A DNA stretch of 64,000 bases from an uncultured bacterium (GTDB lineage Bacteria; Krumholzibacteriota; Krumholzibacteriia; JACNKJ01), in the NCBI GenBank assembly GCA_964344565.1, contig CAYFNT010000012.1, positions 30,648 through 94,647 on the forward strand. Reading direction: 5' to 3'. Below the pieces are notes generated by a model. That model saw only the letters and a list, made by a program, of their open reading frames with translations. It ran no database searches and was not told the DNA's origin. Made by a program: the position numbers and the translations under genes. Below, piece after piece: positions 36,669 to 46,661 of the stretch (positions are counted from its first letter, which is position 1; the number at the start of each line of letters is the position of its first letter).

Positions 36669-37825
36669 TTCGCCGCCTCCTCGATGGCCCGGAGAATGTC
36701 CTCCGGGTTGTGCACGGTGCCTCCCATGTGGGGGACCAGTATGGTTTCGGCCTTGCCCTCGGCGCAGCGTTCCACCTCGAGGCTGATCTGGCCGTAGTTG
36801 ATCTCGGGGACCACGATGGCCTTCACCTGTTCGGCGAGTTCCTTCACCCGCCAGTCGGGGAAGGGCCAGACGGTGAGCAGACGAACCGTGCCCACCTTGA
36901 TGCCCTTGGCCCGCGCCGCGTCGATGGCCGCGCGGGAGACCCGCGAGGTGATGCCGTAGGAGAGCAGGATGACCTCGGCTCCCTCGACCTCTTCCTCCTC
37001 GAGCATCACGATGTCCCGGGCATTGTCGCGGATCTTGTCGCAGAGCCGCCGGACCAGGGTGTCCTGCACATTGGCGTCCATGGCGGGATAGCCGCGATCG
37101 TCGTGGGTCAGGCCCGTGATGTGGTAGCGGTGCCCCTCGCCGGCGTGGGCCATGGCGGGGATCTGATCCTCTCCGACCTCGTAGGGCAGGTACTCGCCCT
37201 TGGGCTTGTCGGTCATCTTCCGGGGGAGGATCTTGATCTGGTCCGCCTCGGGAATGACCACCCTCTCGGTCATGTGGCCGATGCACTCGTCGAGCATCAC
37301 GAAGACCGGCGTGCGGTACTTCTCGGCGAGGTTGAAAGCCTTGATGGTCAGGGTGAAGGCTTCCTGGGGACTCTGCGGCGCGAGGGCGATGATCTCGTAG
37401 TCGCCGTGGCTGCCCCAGCGGGCCTGCATGATGTCCTGCTGGCCGACCATGGTGGGCAGACCGGTGGAGGGACCGGCGCGCTGCACGTTCACGATGACGC
37501 AGGGCGTCTCGGTCATGGCCGCCAGGCCGATGTTCTCCATCATCAGGCTGAAGCCCGGTCCGCTGGTCACGGTCATGGACTTCGCGCCGCCCCAGGTCGC
37601 GCCCAGGATGGCGGTGACCGAGGCGATCTCGTCCTCCATCTGGATGAAGGTTCCGCCGAGGGTCGGAATGCGGCGGGCGTAGCGCTCGACCACTTCCGTG
37701 GAGGGCGTGATCGGATAGCCCGCGACGAAATCGCAACCGGCGGCCAGGGCGCCTTCGGTGCAGGCGTGGTCGCCGTCGAGGTAGTGACTGCCCGTGAGCA
37801 CTCGCTTCGGATCAGCTAGCTTCAC
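36665..37825 (-). CDS. 2-oxoacid:ferredoxin oxidoreductase alpha subunit
   Basis: GTG start 37825 with SD GGGGAGGTG. POR/KOR alpha family ([29 protein letters not shown]). ATGA overlap with the beta gene. Confidence 0.85.
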   Translation of the reverse strand: MKLADPKRVLTGSHYLDGDHACTEGALAAGCDFVAGYPITPSTEVVERYARRIPTLGGTFIQMEDEIASVTAILGATWGGAKSMTVTSGPGFSLMMENIGLAAMTETPCVIVNVQRAGPSTGLPTMVGQQDIMQARWGSHGDYEIIALAPQSPQEAFTLTIKAFNLAEKYRTPVFVMLDECIGHMTERVVIPEADQIKILPRKMTDKPKGEYLPYEVGEDQIPAMAHAGEGHRYHITGLTHDDRGYPAMDANVQDTLVRRLCDKIRDNARDIVMLEEEEVEGAEVILLSYGITSRVSRAAIDAARAKGIKVGTVRLLTVWPFPDWRVKELAEQVKAIVVPEINYGQISLEVERCAEGKAETILVPHMGGTVHNPEDILRAIEEAAK

Positions 37826-38102
37826 TTCGCACCTCCCCTTCCTTCTTCTCCGGCAGGACGAAGATGGCGAAGTCGGGGCAGATCACTTCGCAGAGGTCGC
37901 AGTCGACGCATCGATCGGCCTGCTTCACTTCCGGATAGTGATAACCCTTGGCATTGAACTCGGCGGACATGACGAGCACGTCCCGCGGACAGAACTCCGC
38001 GCAGAACTCGCAGCCTTTGCAACGTTCGATGATGATGTGGATGTCGCCACGCGGGACTTTGATATCGTGGACATCGAGGGGCTCGCGCCAATACCGCGGC
38101 AT
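37812..38102 (-). CDS. 2-oxoacid:ferredoxin oxidoreductase delta subunit (2x[4Fe-4S] ferredoxin)
   Basis: 96 aa with [12 protein letters not shown] and [12 protein letters not shown]. First gene of the delta-alpha-beta-gamma cluster. Overlaps the alpha-subunit start. Confidence 0.8.
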   Translation of the reverse strand: MPRYWREPLDVHDIKVPRGDIHIIIERCKGCEFCAEFCPRDVLVMSAEFNAKGYHYPEVKQADRCVDCDLCEVICPDFAIFVLPEKKEGEVRSEAS

Positions 38103-38254
38103 CTTGTCCTCTTCCCGGTGAGGGTGGAAGAGCGAGGTTAGTAACCGCTTACTCCGACCCTTACCCTGAGCTGGAAGTGATGCTTCCCCACAAGTCGAAC
38201 CGAGGAGAAGCCGGGCCGACAGAACGATCCAAGGACCGTCTTTATTTAGAGTTA

Positions 38255-38283
38255 AAGATACACGGGTCTTGAGATCTTGTAAA
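38255..38283 (-). promoter_or_regulatory. Candidate sigma70-type promoter for the kor-hdr operon (TTTACA-N17-TATCTT on minus strand)
   Basis: Found in the AT-rich stretch of the 470-nt divergent intergenic region. -35 TTTACA (38283-38278) and -10 TATCTT (38260-38255) with a 17-nt spacer. Confidence 0.3.
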
Positions 38284-38492
38284 CATCAAAATGGCGCCAG
38301 GAATACGAGTTTTCCCCAATTTTCAGAGAAAGGGAAACTCGACGATGGCCCTTCGAGCGCTCCGTTTCGGTAGGACGAGATCTCTCACGATGGCAGCGTC
38401 TGGGGCCTGCCTCAGAGTCGGCAGGAAGGGCCCTCGGCAAGTTTCCAATTGGACCGTGGACGGTTCCTCAGCTCAGGCAGCGATGGCAGGTT

Positions 38493-38506
38493 TGTACACG
38501 TGTACA
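38493..38506. promoter_or_regulatory. 14-bp perfect palindrome TGTACACGTGTACA (LacI/GalR-type operator architecture) upstream of GH57-CTD gene
   Basis: TG..CG..CA spacing identical to the cre/LacI-family 14-mer. It lies 68-81 nt upstream of ATG 38574 and about 35 nt upstream of the TGCTATAAT element. The same sequence recurs at 54934 and 62221. Confidence 0.5.
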
Positions 38507-38540
38507 CATCTGGCCGGTAGCGGGCAGCGGGCCGTGGATT

Positions 38541-38549
38541 TGCTATAAT
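38541..38549 (+). promoter_or_regulatory. Extended -10 element TGcTATAAT for the GH57-CTD gene
   Basis: TGCTATAAT at 38541-38549, 25 nt upstream of the ATG. SD AAAGGA. Confidence 0.45.
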
Positions 38550-38573
38550 CGAATCCCAGCCCGAAAGGACACC

Positions 38574-41500
38574 ATGCGCAAGGCACTGCTTCTCCTGTTC
38601 CTCGCCGGGGCGAGTCTGGCTTCCACCGGCGTCCACACGACCTACCTCTGGCACATGCATCAGCCCATCTACTGGCCGGACGAGAGCGTTTGGACACCCG
38701 GACGTTACCAAACCGCCTACGAAACCCTCCTTGGCGGCTATTGCCAGAACGACCTGGCCGAGATCTTCGGCAAGGACGACCGCATCGGCGACTACCAATG
38801 GTATCCCCGGGATGCGGTGGCCAGCATGCTGGACCTGCCCGAGGCGGGAGCGCAGGTGTCCTTCGCGGGGGCGCTGGTCGAGAACATCGAGAGCCTGGCC
38901 GAGGCAGGCTGGGACGGTGGGGTCTACGCGAGCGACTGGACCTCGCACTACCGCGAGGCGAGGGGCTGGACCACGAGCGCCGGCGAGCCCAGGCTGGAGC
39001 CGCTGGTGGTGGGATTCCATCACGCCATCGCGCCGCTCATGGACGATGTGGCTTTCCGCATGGAGCTCGCCTGCGCCAAGGCCATCTACGACGAGGCCTG
39101 GGGCGACTCGAATTTCTCGCGAGGTTTCTTCCCCGCCGAGATGTGCTTCAGCGAGCGCCTCATTCCCGCCCTGGTCGACGCGGGCCTCGACTGGTCGGTG
39201 GTGGGGGATCTGCATATCGCGCGGGCCTGCGAGAACTATCCCTATCAGGCGAATCTGGACAACTGCGACCCGCCCAACCGGGCCGACCAGGTGAATCCGC
39301 CCCAGAGCGACTGGACCAACCACAGCATTCCACGGGGCGTGACGCTCAAAGTGCCCTACCCTTACGGCTTCACGCCGCACCGGGCCGAGTACGTGGACCC
39401 GTCCACTGGCGAGGTTTCGAACCTGGTGGTGGTGCCGGCCGCCAACGCCATGAGTTGGGACGAGGGTTACGGCATGTTCGGCACGGGTTCCATCGACGCC
39501 ATCGCCGGGAGCAACGATCCTGCGCATCCCATGCTGATTCTGCTGGCCCATGACGGCGACAACGCCTGGAGCGGCGGACACAGCTACTACTACGAATCGG
39601 TGCCCAACTTCTCCCACGCCGCCGCGGACGCGGGCTACACGCCGAGCACGGTGGCGACCTATCTCGAACATCATCCGGTTCCGCTCGACGACGTGGTGCA
39701 TGTGGAGGACGGCGGATGGGTGAACGCCGACGGCGACTTCGGCAGCCCGCAATTCATCAACTGGAACTGGCCGCCGGTGGACGCGGCGGGGAACTTCGAC
39801 ATACCCGGCGGATGGGCGGAGGACGAGCGCAACTGGGCCGTGCTCACGGCGGCGCAGAACGTGGTGGAATCCGCCGAGGCCGTGGGCGGCGCGCCCGATC
39901 CCGAGCGCGTGGTCTTCCCCTTGAGCGGGGCCAGCGCCGTGGAGCGGGCCTGGCATTTCCTGCTGGCGGGCTACGAGAGCGGCTACATGTACTACGGCTC
40001 GTCGCTGGACATGGAAGTGAAGGCCACCCTCGCCTGCAATGCGGCCCTCGAGGCGGCCCTGCCCCTGGCCGAGAGCGGTGCCGATATCGTAGCGCCCAGT
40101 ATCTGGCTGCCCCAACGCCTGCCATGGAATCCGGGCGGCAAGGGCGGCGGCAGCCTCTGGGGATATCCCGGCGGCGCGGGCGCGGACATGAGCCGCGACT
40201 TCTTCGTCTGGACCTTCATCCACGACATCTCGGGACTCTCGCGTGTCGAGATCATGGTCCGCGAGGATCTGGACGGCCACAACGATCCCGGCAGCCACGA
40301 CAACGAAATCTACGCGGGGGGGCCTGAGGTGGGCGCCTGGTCGGCCCTGCCCATGAACCATCGCGCGATGCCCCTGGGCGAGCCCTGGGACATCCCGGGC
40401 ATCGATTTCACGGTGCTGCCCGAGCGCATCGCCGACGAGTACTGGATCGAATTGACGGGCTACGGCGATGTGCTGCTGGACTACTACGTGGAGGCCGAGG
40501 ATTCTCTGGGCAACGTGAAGAGGAGTCCCATCCAGCACGTCTACGTGGGCACGGGCGACGCGGGCGGCGACGGTTCGGCATGGTGGGAGCCCGAACTTCC
40601 GGAAGCCGGCGATTGGATCACCGTCTACTACGATCCTGCCGGTGGACCCCTGGACGGCGCGGCGGAGATCATCCTGCACCACGGCATCAACGGCTGGCAG
40701 GAAGTAGGTGATACGCCCATGGACTGGAACCTCGTCGACGAGCACTGGCATAAGGGCATCCAGCTGCCTGAGCACGCGTCGAGTTTCGAGTTCGTCTTCC
40801 ACGACGGCCTCGGCAACTGGGACAACAACGGCGGCGCCGATTGGATCGTGCCCGTGAGCGGCGGAGGCGGCGGCTTCGTCATGGACGGCCTTCTCGATGA
40901 GGGCGTATTGCAGATCTCCGGCGACGGGATGAACCTCTGGGTCGCCCGCGAAGGCGACCAGCTCTATCTCGCGACCGAGGGTACCGGCGCGACGGGGCTC
41001 GATCACTTCCTCTTCCTGCTCGACGAACCGGGCGCTCCAGTTTCCGCACCCTGGGCCAAGGCGGGACAGGTTCTGCCCTGGGCCTACTATCTCGGGGCCG
41101 AGAGCTCCAACGGCTGGTTCGCTTGGTTCGATGCTGGCAGCAATGTGCAGATCGGTCCCGAGTTCTCATCGGCCCAGGGCGAGGTGCTCGAAGGATTGCT
41201 CGATCTCGACTCGCTCTTTGCATCCGTTCCGCCGGAAAGCCTCTGGGTGGCCGCCGCGGGATACGACGATCCCGACGCAGGTTCCCTGATTGCCCAGGCG
41301 CCCTTCGGCGACGGCGACGGCGACATGGAAGCGCACGAGTACTATCTACTCCTGGACCTGTCCACCCGGGTGGACGAGTCGCCCGAGGCGCCGCTCGCGG
41401 TCTCGCTTTATCCGAATCCCTTCAACCCGGATGTCCGCCTGAGTTTGGACAGCCCGGATGGTGACCTGACAATACGCATCTATGACCTGGAAGGCCGCTA

Positions 41501-41660
41501 CGTCGCGACCCTCCACGAGGGGCTTGCTGCGGAGGGTCGCCACATTTTGGGTTGGAACGGACAGAATGCGCGCGGGTACCCCTGCCCTAGCGGGATCTAC
41601 CTGTTCCAGATCAGCTGTGGAACGGAGGCTCGAAGCTTGAAGGGTCTGCTCCTGAAATAA
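38574..41660 (+). CDS. Secreted GH57-family alpha-glucan hydrolase (amylase/pullulanase-like) with starch-binding module(s) and T9SS type-A CTD
   Basis: Signal peptide MRKALLLLFLAGASLAS. GH57 motif TTYLWHMHQPIYWP. CBM25/26-like module (GDWITVYYDPAGGPLDGAAEIILHHGINGWQ). C-terminus YPNPFNPDVRLSL...IRIYDLEGRYVATL...SGIYLFQISCGTEARSLKGLLLK. The antisense 864-aa ORF is rejected. Confidence 0.8.
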   Translation: MRKALLLLFLAGASLASTGVHTTYLWHMHQPIYWPDESVWTPGRYQTAYETLLGGYCQNDLAEIFGKDDRIGDYQWYPRDAVASMLDLPEAGAQVSFAGALVENIESLAEAGWDGGVYASDWTSHYREARGWTTSAGEPRLEPLVVGFHHAIAPLMDDVAFRMELACAKAIYDEAWGDSNFSRGFFPAEMCFSERLIPALVDAGLDWSVVGDLHIARACENYPYQANLDNCDPPNRADQVNPPQSDWTNHSIPRGVTLKVPYPYGFTPHRAEYVDPSTGEVSNLVVVPAANAMSWDEGYGMFGTGSIDAIAGSNDPAHPMLILLAHDGDNAWSGGHSYYYESVPNFSHAAADAGYTPSTVATYLEHHPVPLDDVVHVEDGGWVNADGDFGSPQFINWNWPPVDAAGNFDIPGGWAEDERNWAVLTAAQNVVESAEAVGGAPDPERVVFPLSGASAVERAWHFLLAGYESGYMYYGSSLDMEVKATLACNAALEAALPLAESGADIVAPSIWLPQRLPWNPGGKGGGSLWGYPGGAGADMSRDFFVWTFIHDISGLSRVEIMVREDLDGHNDPGSHDNEIYAGGPEVGAWSALPMNHRAMPLGEPWDIPGIDFTVLPERIADEYWIELTGYGDVLLDYYVEAEDSLGNVKRSPIQHVYVGTGDAGGDGSAWWEPELPEAGDWITVYYDPAGGPLDGAAEIILHHGINGWQEVGDTPMDWNLVDEHWHKGIQLPEHASSFEFVFHDGLGNWDNNGGADWIVPVSGGGGGFVMDGLLDEGVLQISGDGMNLWVAREGDQLYLATEGTGATGLDHFLFLLDEPGAPVSAPWAKAGQVLPWAYYLGAESSNGWFAWFDAGSNVQIGPEFSSAQGEVLEGLLDLDSLFASVPPESLWVAAAGYDDPDAGSLIAQAPFGDGDGDMEAHEYYLLLDLSTRVDESPEAPLAVSLYPNPFNPDVRLSLDSPDGDLTIRIYDLEGRYVATLHEGLAAEGRHILGWNGQNARGYPCPSGIYLFQISCGTEARSLKGLLLK

Positions 41661-41710
41661 GGACTCGGGATGAAAGTGGCCACCTGGGTGATTCGATCCT
41701 GGAAGAGAGA

Positions 41711-43171
41711 GTGGTTTTGCGGATTCTGATCCTGATAATATCAATGATGACAAGCGGATCTGTATACGCACTAACTCTCGATGCAGCGAGGGAGTTTCTG
41801 CAGTGCCTTCGATCATCCCCTGATTCAGCTGAGCAGTTTGTGCATCCCGACGACTTGAAGATTTCTCGTCGATTGGGAATCACCTATCCCGAATCGCAAT
41901 CGAAGGCACTGATCTCCTGGGGATTGACCGAAGAAGAGAGGCGGCGATTGTCCCAGACGACAATCGAGCAGCAGATCCGAATCGATCAGCTGGAAGACGG
42001 CTACTCCAGACTCATCCTCTTTCCAGACGATACCATCGCGTCGCGCTCATGGATCTTCAAGGATGGCAAGCAGGTATCGTCCATCCTCTACAAGGTGAAG
42101 GATTGGGTGCTTCGCGAGTCGAAACATTTCAGGTTTTATCTGAGTGATCCGTCGCGATTCCATGATAAGAATGTCGAGGTGCTCGAGGCATTTCTGGTGG
42201 AGACGGCTGAGTTGCTTGGAATCACGGAATCCCGACTGGAGCGGCTCGAGGACGAGAAGATCATCTATTGCTTCTGCCAGAATCAGGAAGAGATCCGTGA
42301 TCTGACGGGCTTCTTCGCGAGGGGGATGTACATTCTCTCCCATGATCTAATCGTGTCGACCTACAGTTCACACGCCCATGAACTCGCTCATCTCTTGATC
42401 AACTACAGACTTGGCACTCCGCACCTGTTCACTCATCCCATGCTCCTGGAAGGCTTCGCCGTCGCAAGGGGAGGGAGAGGGGGCAGGGCTCCGCGGATTC
42501 AGCATCAATTGGGTGCTTTCTTGCATCGATCCGGTTGGGTGACTCCGGATGATCTGCTGGATGCTGCCTCCTTCTTCCGGCTCAACGCATCCATTTCCTA
42601 TCCGGGGAGCGCCCTGTACAACGAGTTCCTCATCGAATGTCTGGGCATCGAGAAGTACCTGAAGCTCTACCTGGAGTCGGGCGGCGATGCCGAACGAGTC
42701 TCATATCTACGGATCTCTTCAAAGGATTTGCCGGATGAATCCCGCTGGCTGGCCTATCTAGATTCTCAACCCACGATAGGGGCTGTCGCACCGTCGGCTG
42801 GTGCGTTTCCTTCAACTTCGGATCCAGTACTGTTCGAGAACGATCCCGATGCTGATCGCTATAGGTTCGTCCTGCCCGAAGTCGCGGTTCTGGTCGATGG
42901 CTCTGAAGTATCCGACTACAGGAGCTTCCTGTTCAAAGAACTGGTCCCGGACAGGCCCTACTCCGGAGGCCGGTACCTGTTGACCTGTTCACGTGCGGAA
43001 GTCGGGCTGTACGACCTATACACGAATACCATGATCGCCCACTATGCGGCTGCGTTCGCGGAGAATTCTATCGAGATACCCGAGAACGATGGTCGGTACA
43101 GCTTCACAATCGAGGCGGACTTGTTCGATCTGGACATCGATCCACCCCGTTTCGAGTTGGCGAGAGAGTAG
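41711..43171 (+). CDS. Secreted hypothetical protein with HExxH motif (possible zinc metallopeptidase-like); low-GC island
   Basis: GTG start 41711 gives the signal-peptide-like MVLRILILIISMMTSGSVYA. Motif SSHAHELAHLLINYRLG. GC is about 52% versus about 66% for its neighbours. No recognisable family. Confidence 0.5.
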   Translation: MVLRILILIISMMTSGSVYALTLDAAREFLQCLRSSPDSAEQFVHPDDLKISRRLGITYPESQSKALISWGLTEEERRRLSQTTIEQQIRIDQLEDGYSRLILFPDDTIASRSWIFKDGKQVSSILYKVKDWVLRESKHFRFYLSDPSRFHDKNVEVLEAFLVETAELLGITESRLERLEDEKIIYCFCQNQEEIRDLTGFFARGMYILSHDLIVSTYSSHAHELAHLLINYRLGTPHLFTHPMLLEGFAVARGGRGGRAPRIQHQLGAFLHRSGWVTPDDLLDAASFFRLNASISYPGSALYNEFLIECLGIEKYLKLYLESGGDAERVSYLRISSKDLPDESRWLAYLDSQPTIGAVAPSAGAFPSTSDPVLFENDPDADRYRFVLPEVAVLVDGSEVSDYRSFLFKELVPDRPYSGGRYLLTCSRAEVGLYDLYTNTMIAHYAAAFAENSIEIPENDGRYSFTIEADLFDLDIDPPRFELARE

Positions 43172-43203
43172 GCCGCGCTACGTCGATTCAGTGAACCTGG
43201 CCT

Positions 43204-45273
43204 TCAGAGTTTTTCCAATCGCAGCCGATAGCCGAAGACCGCCGGCTTGCCCTTGCCGAGGGTCACGGGAACGCAGACGGCGATCCAGGAACCCTGGTAG
43301 ACGCGCTCGAAGCCGTCCTCGGACATGCTCACCGTTTCGATGGGCTCGCGCCAGATTCTCAAGCCCTCACCCTCGATGATCACCGACAGGCCCGACCACT
43401 CGTCGCGCAATTCGAAGGTCGAGGACGGCGACTCCCAGCCGCGACTGCGAAGCTGCGGCTCGTCGGCCTTCGCGCCGTCCACGAGGAAGTAGCGATCGTG
43501 GGCCTCCGGCGCCAGGAAGTTGAAGTTCCATCCCGAGGCGAAGGTGAGGTTCTTCTCGGTCTCGCCGATGTATTTGAGCTGGTAATCCACTTTCAGGGCG
43601 CGGCCCTCGTCGTCCCAGCGCAGGCTCTTTCGGATCTTCAGGCTGGCATCGTCCAGCTCGCCGGATGACCTCAGCCGCAATTCTCCCTGGGGATCCTCCG
43701 GAACTTCGGCCGAGAAACACCAGGATCGCAGATCGAGCAGGCTCGTCTCGTAGGGGGCCGAATCCGCGCCCGCCTCGTAGATTCGATCCTCGAGACCGGC
43801 TCGGGTGTGCGGATCGTAGACGAGCAGCTTCTCGAGGCCGCGCTCCTTGGCGGCCTTGACCTCGTGGATGGAGAGGGAACTGTCTTCGTCCGGCGAGAGC
43901 GCGTCGGCGACATCGCGATGATAGAATTCGCGGCGCCTGGAGAGCGTGTTGGTCACGGGAAAGGGTTTCTCGAGGAAATCGAGTTCCCTGACCGTACCGC
44001 CGTCGTCGGGCTTCAGGAAGAGCTGGGCATGGGGGCTCGTCCAGTGGATCTCCTCGCGGCCGTCCATGTCGAGGTCGCGCCGAGCCATCGAATAGCCGTT
44101 CGCGGCCAGCATGGCCTCGGCGCGCACGATGCGCTCGAAGACGGCTTGCCGGAGGTGGGGCAGGTAGAGTCCGCCGAAGAGACCGTGCCAGTAGGCGCAG
44201 TTGCACTGGGACTGTAGAACCTGGTCGCGAGCCTGCTCGCGCAGGGCATTGGGAATGCCCTCGGCCGTCTCGCAGCGTTCGCTGGCCAGGAGCATTCGCT
44301 TGTGCATCCAGTGGCTTTCCGGGTACTTCACGAAGAAGTTGCGCCAGAAACCGCCGCGCAGGAATGGGGCGTCATCGGGACGGTCGCCGAGGCTCAGGCC
44401 CAGATTGTGGAAGCGCTCGGCCGCCTTTTCCGGCAGGGACCACTCGCCCATCTCCTGATAACTTCCCGTGGGAAGGTAGGCGCTGCCGCGGGGCTTCCGT
44501 TCGTCGAGCCATTGGGAATAGAGCACCGTGCGCGCGAGTTCGCTCTCCTCGAGGTAGGCGAAGAGCTCGTCGAGGTAGCCTTGCTCGTAGCAGTGTTCAT
44601 GGGTGCCGCGCCAGAGTCCGAACTTCTCGCCGTCGTCGAAGAGCACGCCGAGACCGTTTTCCGGCAGGGCCGCGAGATGCTCGTTCAGCTCCGGGATAGG
44701 GCGGAAAGGGATGAGATAGCGCAGGGCCATGGAAACGGGAAAGATCGCTACGGCGCGGCCGCCTTCCTCGCTGAGGAAGTGTCCGTGCAGGGCCTCGGGC
44801 GCGAACCCCGCTCCGAGGAAATGACTGTCGTCGAGCAGGACATAGTCCACGCCCTCCTCGGCCAACACCCGAGGCAGGTGAGGTTCCCATATCCGCTCGG
44901 CCAGCCAGAAACCGCGGGGGCGAACGCCGAAGAGCTTCTCGACCTCGCCCTGCATGCGGCGGATCTGAGCGCGTTGATCCCGCTCGGGCAGCACGCTGAG
45001 GATGGGCTCCCAGTAGGCTCCGCCGACGACCTCGGCCTGTCCGGCCTCGACCAGAGCGCGCAGTCGTTTCAGATACTCGGGGCGCGCGTTCTTCATCCAC
45101 TCCAGCAGGGGGCCGCTGGTGTGGAAGCTCATCTTCACCGAAGGATGCTTCTCGAGTACGTCGAAGAAGGGCCCGTAGGCGCGCTGAAAAGCGTCTTCGA
45201 TCACATGACCGAAGTTGCCGACGGGCTGGTGGTTGTGCACGCCGAGGGCGAGAGAGGCGCGCGCCGGCATCAT
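43204..45273 (-). CDS. GH57-family 4-alpha-glucanotransferase/alpha-amylase-like enzyme (cytoplasmic)
   Basis: LALGVHNHQPVGNF (GH57 region I), no signal peptide, 689 aa. Last gene of a 7-gene minus-strand operon (43204-52694) with overlapping stop/start codons. Confidence 0.8.
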   Translation of the reverse strand: MMPARASLALGVHNHQPVGNFGHVIEDAFQRAYGPFFDVLEKHPSVKMSFHTSGPLLEWMKNARPEYLKRLRALVEAGQAEVVGGAYWEPILSVLPERDQRAQIRRMQGEVEKLFGVRPRGFWLAERIWEPHLPRVLAEEGVDYVLLDDSHFLGAGFAPEALHGHFLSEEGGRAVAIFPVSMALRYLIPFRPIPELNEHLAALPENGLGVLFDDGEKFGLWRGTHEHCYEQGYLDELFAYLEESELARTVLYSQWLDERKPRGSAYLPTGSYQEMGEWSLPEKAAERFHNLGLSLGDRPDDAPFLRGGFWRNFFVKYPESHWMHKRMLLASERCETAEGIPNALREQARDQVLQSQCNCAYWHGLFGGLYLPHLRQAVFERIVRAEAMLAANGYSMARRDLDMDGREEIHWTSPHAQLFLKPDDGGTVRELDFLEKPFPVTNTLSRRREFYHRDVADALSPDEDSSLSIHEVKAAKERGLEKLLVYDPHTRAGLEDRIYEAGADSAPYETSLLDLRSWCFSAEVPEDPQGELRLRSSGELDDASLKIRKSLRWDDEGRALKVDYQLKYIGETEKNLTFASGWNFNFLAPEAHDRYFLVDGAKADEPQLRSRGWESPSSTFELRDEWSGLSVIIEGEGLRIWREPIETVSMSEDGFERVYQGSWIAVCVPVTLGKGKPAVFGYRLRLEKL

Positions 45274-46661
45274 TCCCCGTCCTGGTCGATGGGGATGACG
45301 ACGACTGAGCCGGGACTCTCGATAGTGCCGGCGGGAATCGGATCTTCCATGGCAGTTTCATTGGCGGCCGCGAGAATTGCGTAAACACCCAATCTAGAAA
45401 GCACCGGCACACTTCCTTCTCCGCCAAGTTCCGGGTAGAGCAGACTCCAGGGGATGGCAAGCTCAAAGGCATCAGTGGAGCGGTTCATGTTTACCACTTC
45501 CACAGGCGTGGCGTACCCAGTACTCGGATCAACTACTGCCATGGTCGGTGGACTATCTCCGTATGCACAGGCGATGAACTCGATGCCGAAATCCGGAACG
45601 GATGAGAAATCGATGTTCTTGTTCATGTATGAGAGTGGGGCCGTGTAGTCCTCTTCCCCGTTTAGCAAACCAAGATCATTCAGGCCAGTCTGGGCACCAT
45701 AGTCTACGTCTAGATAGAAGAGGACGGCATTCGTCCAGGCGGTATTGAACTCACCTGAGAGACCCAAGTATAAAGTATCGCCAGTCCAACTGGTATGAAG
45801 GGAATCAAGCTCCCATCCCACTATCCACCAAGGGCTATCGACGTTGTTGCCGTCGAAGGCTTCCCAGCCCTCGTCGATGATTCCGTCGATAGTTCTCTCG
45901 TTCCAGGGTTGGTCGGGGTTGGCGCTCTCCAAGGGCTCGCCGAAAGCGAAATCGAAACTCGCAACCTGCCCGCCGGACACGCGCACCTGTTCGGTGAGGC
46001 TGCCGTATCCGTTGGCCGTGGCGATGAGCGTGTAGAGGCTGTCGGCGAGGTTGGCGAACTCGTAGTCGCCACCGTCGGCCTGGACCGTCCAGAGCTGGGC
46101 GTCGCCGTGTTCGTTCTCCGCCCAGATCTCGACGGTCGCCGCCGGCGGATCGGGACCCTCGAAGCTCATGCCGCCGGCGATGCCGCCGGTGGCCAGATCG
46201 AGTTCGTGGGAATAGCGCAGGGACTGGTCGTTCATCCAGATCTTGTAGAATCCCGGAGGACCTTCTGTGGAGATCACACAATGGGCGGGATCACCGCTCT
46301 GGAAGACCAGCAGGCCCTCTTCATCGGGGCTGGAGCCGAAATTCTCTGGTTCCCAACTCGCTCCCGTCGTGAACTTGAAACGGATCTCGGTGTCGCTCCC
46401 ATAATCCGATTCCAGTACCGAAACCCAGATCGACCAGACATAGTCTGCCTCAAGGCTCAGATAGTGTCTCGGATCCGTCGGATCCCAGTTCACGCCTGAG
46501 AAATCGCCATTGATTTGAATGTCGGGGAACTCGGATACGTACTCCGAAGGCGGCGCGCCCGGGGCCTCCAGGACGGGACCCTCCGGATTGGGCAGGCAGG
46601 CAGCCATGAGAACCAGCACGATGAAAGCGGGTGCGATGCGTTGCATGCTCACTCCGATCAC
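45270..46661 (-). CDS. Lipoprotein of unknown function (candidate surface glucan-binding protein)
   Basis: Signal peptide plus lipobox (AFIVLVLMAAC). 463 aa with no recognisable catalytic motifs. Operon context with CBM48 proteins. Confidence 0.55.
   Translation of the reverse strand: MIGVSMQRIAPAFIVLVLMAACLPNPEGPVLEAPGAPPSEYVSEFPDIQINGDFSGVNWDPTDPRHYLSLEADYVWSIWVSVLESDYGSDTEIRFKFTTGASWEPENFGSSPDEEGLLVFQSGDPAHCVISTEGPPGFYKIWMNDQSLRYSHELDLATGGIAGGMSFEGPDPPAATVEIWAENEHGDAQLWTVQADGGDYEFANLADSLYTLIATANGYGSLTEQVRVSGGQVASFDFAFGEPLESANPDQPWNERTIDGIIDEGWEAFDGNNVDSPWWIVGWELDSLHTSWTGDTLYLGLSGEFNTAWTNAVLFYLDVDYGAQTGLNDLGLLNGEEDYTAPLSYMNKNIDFSSVPDFGIEFIACAYGDSPPTMAVVDPSTGYATPVEVVNMNRSTDAFELAIPWSLLYPELGGEGSVPVLSRLGVYAILAAANETAMEDPIPAGTIESPGSVVVIPIDQDGE

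Noticed and set aside
38103-38573. Possible ncRNA or riboswitch in the 470-nt divergent intergenic region
   Set aside because: There is no recognisable riboswitch or tRNA-like structure. The region is better explained as two divergent promoters plus the palindromic operator.
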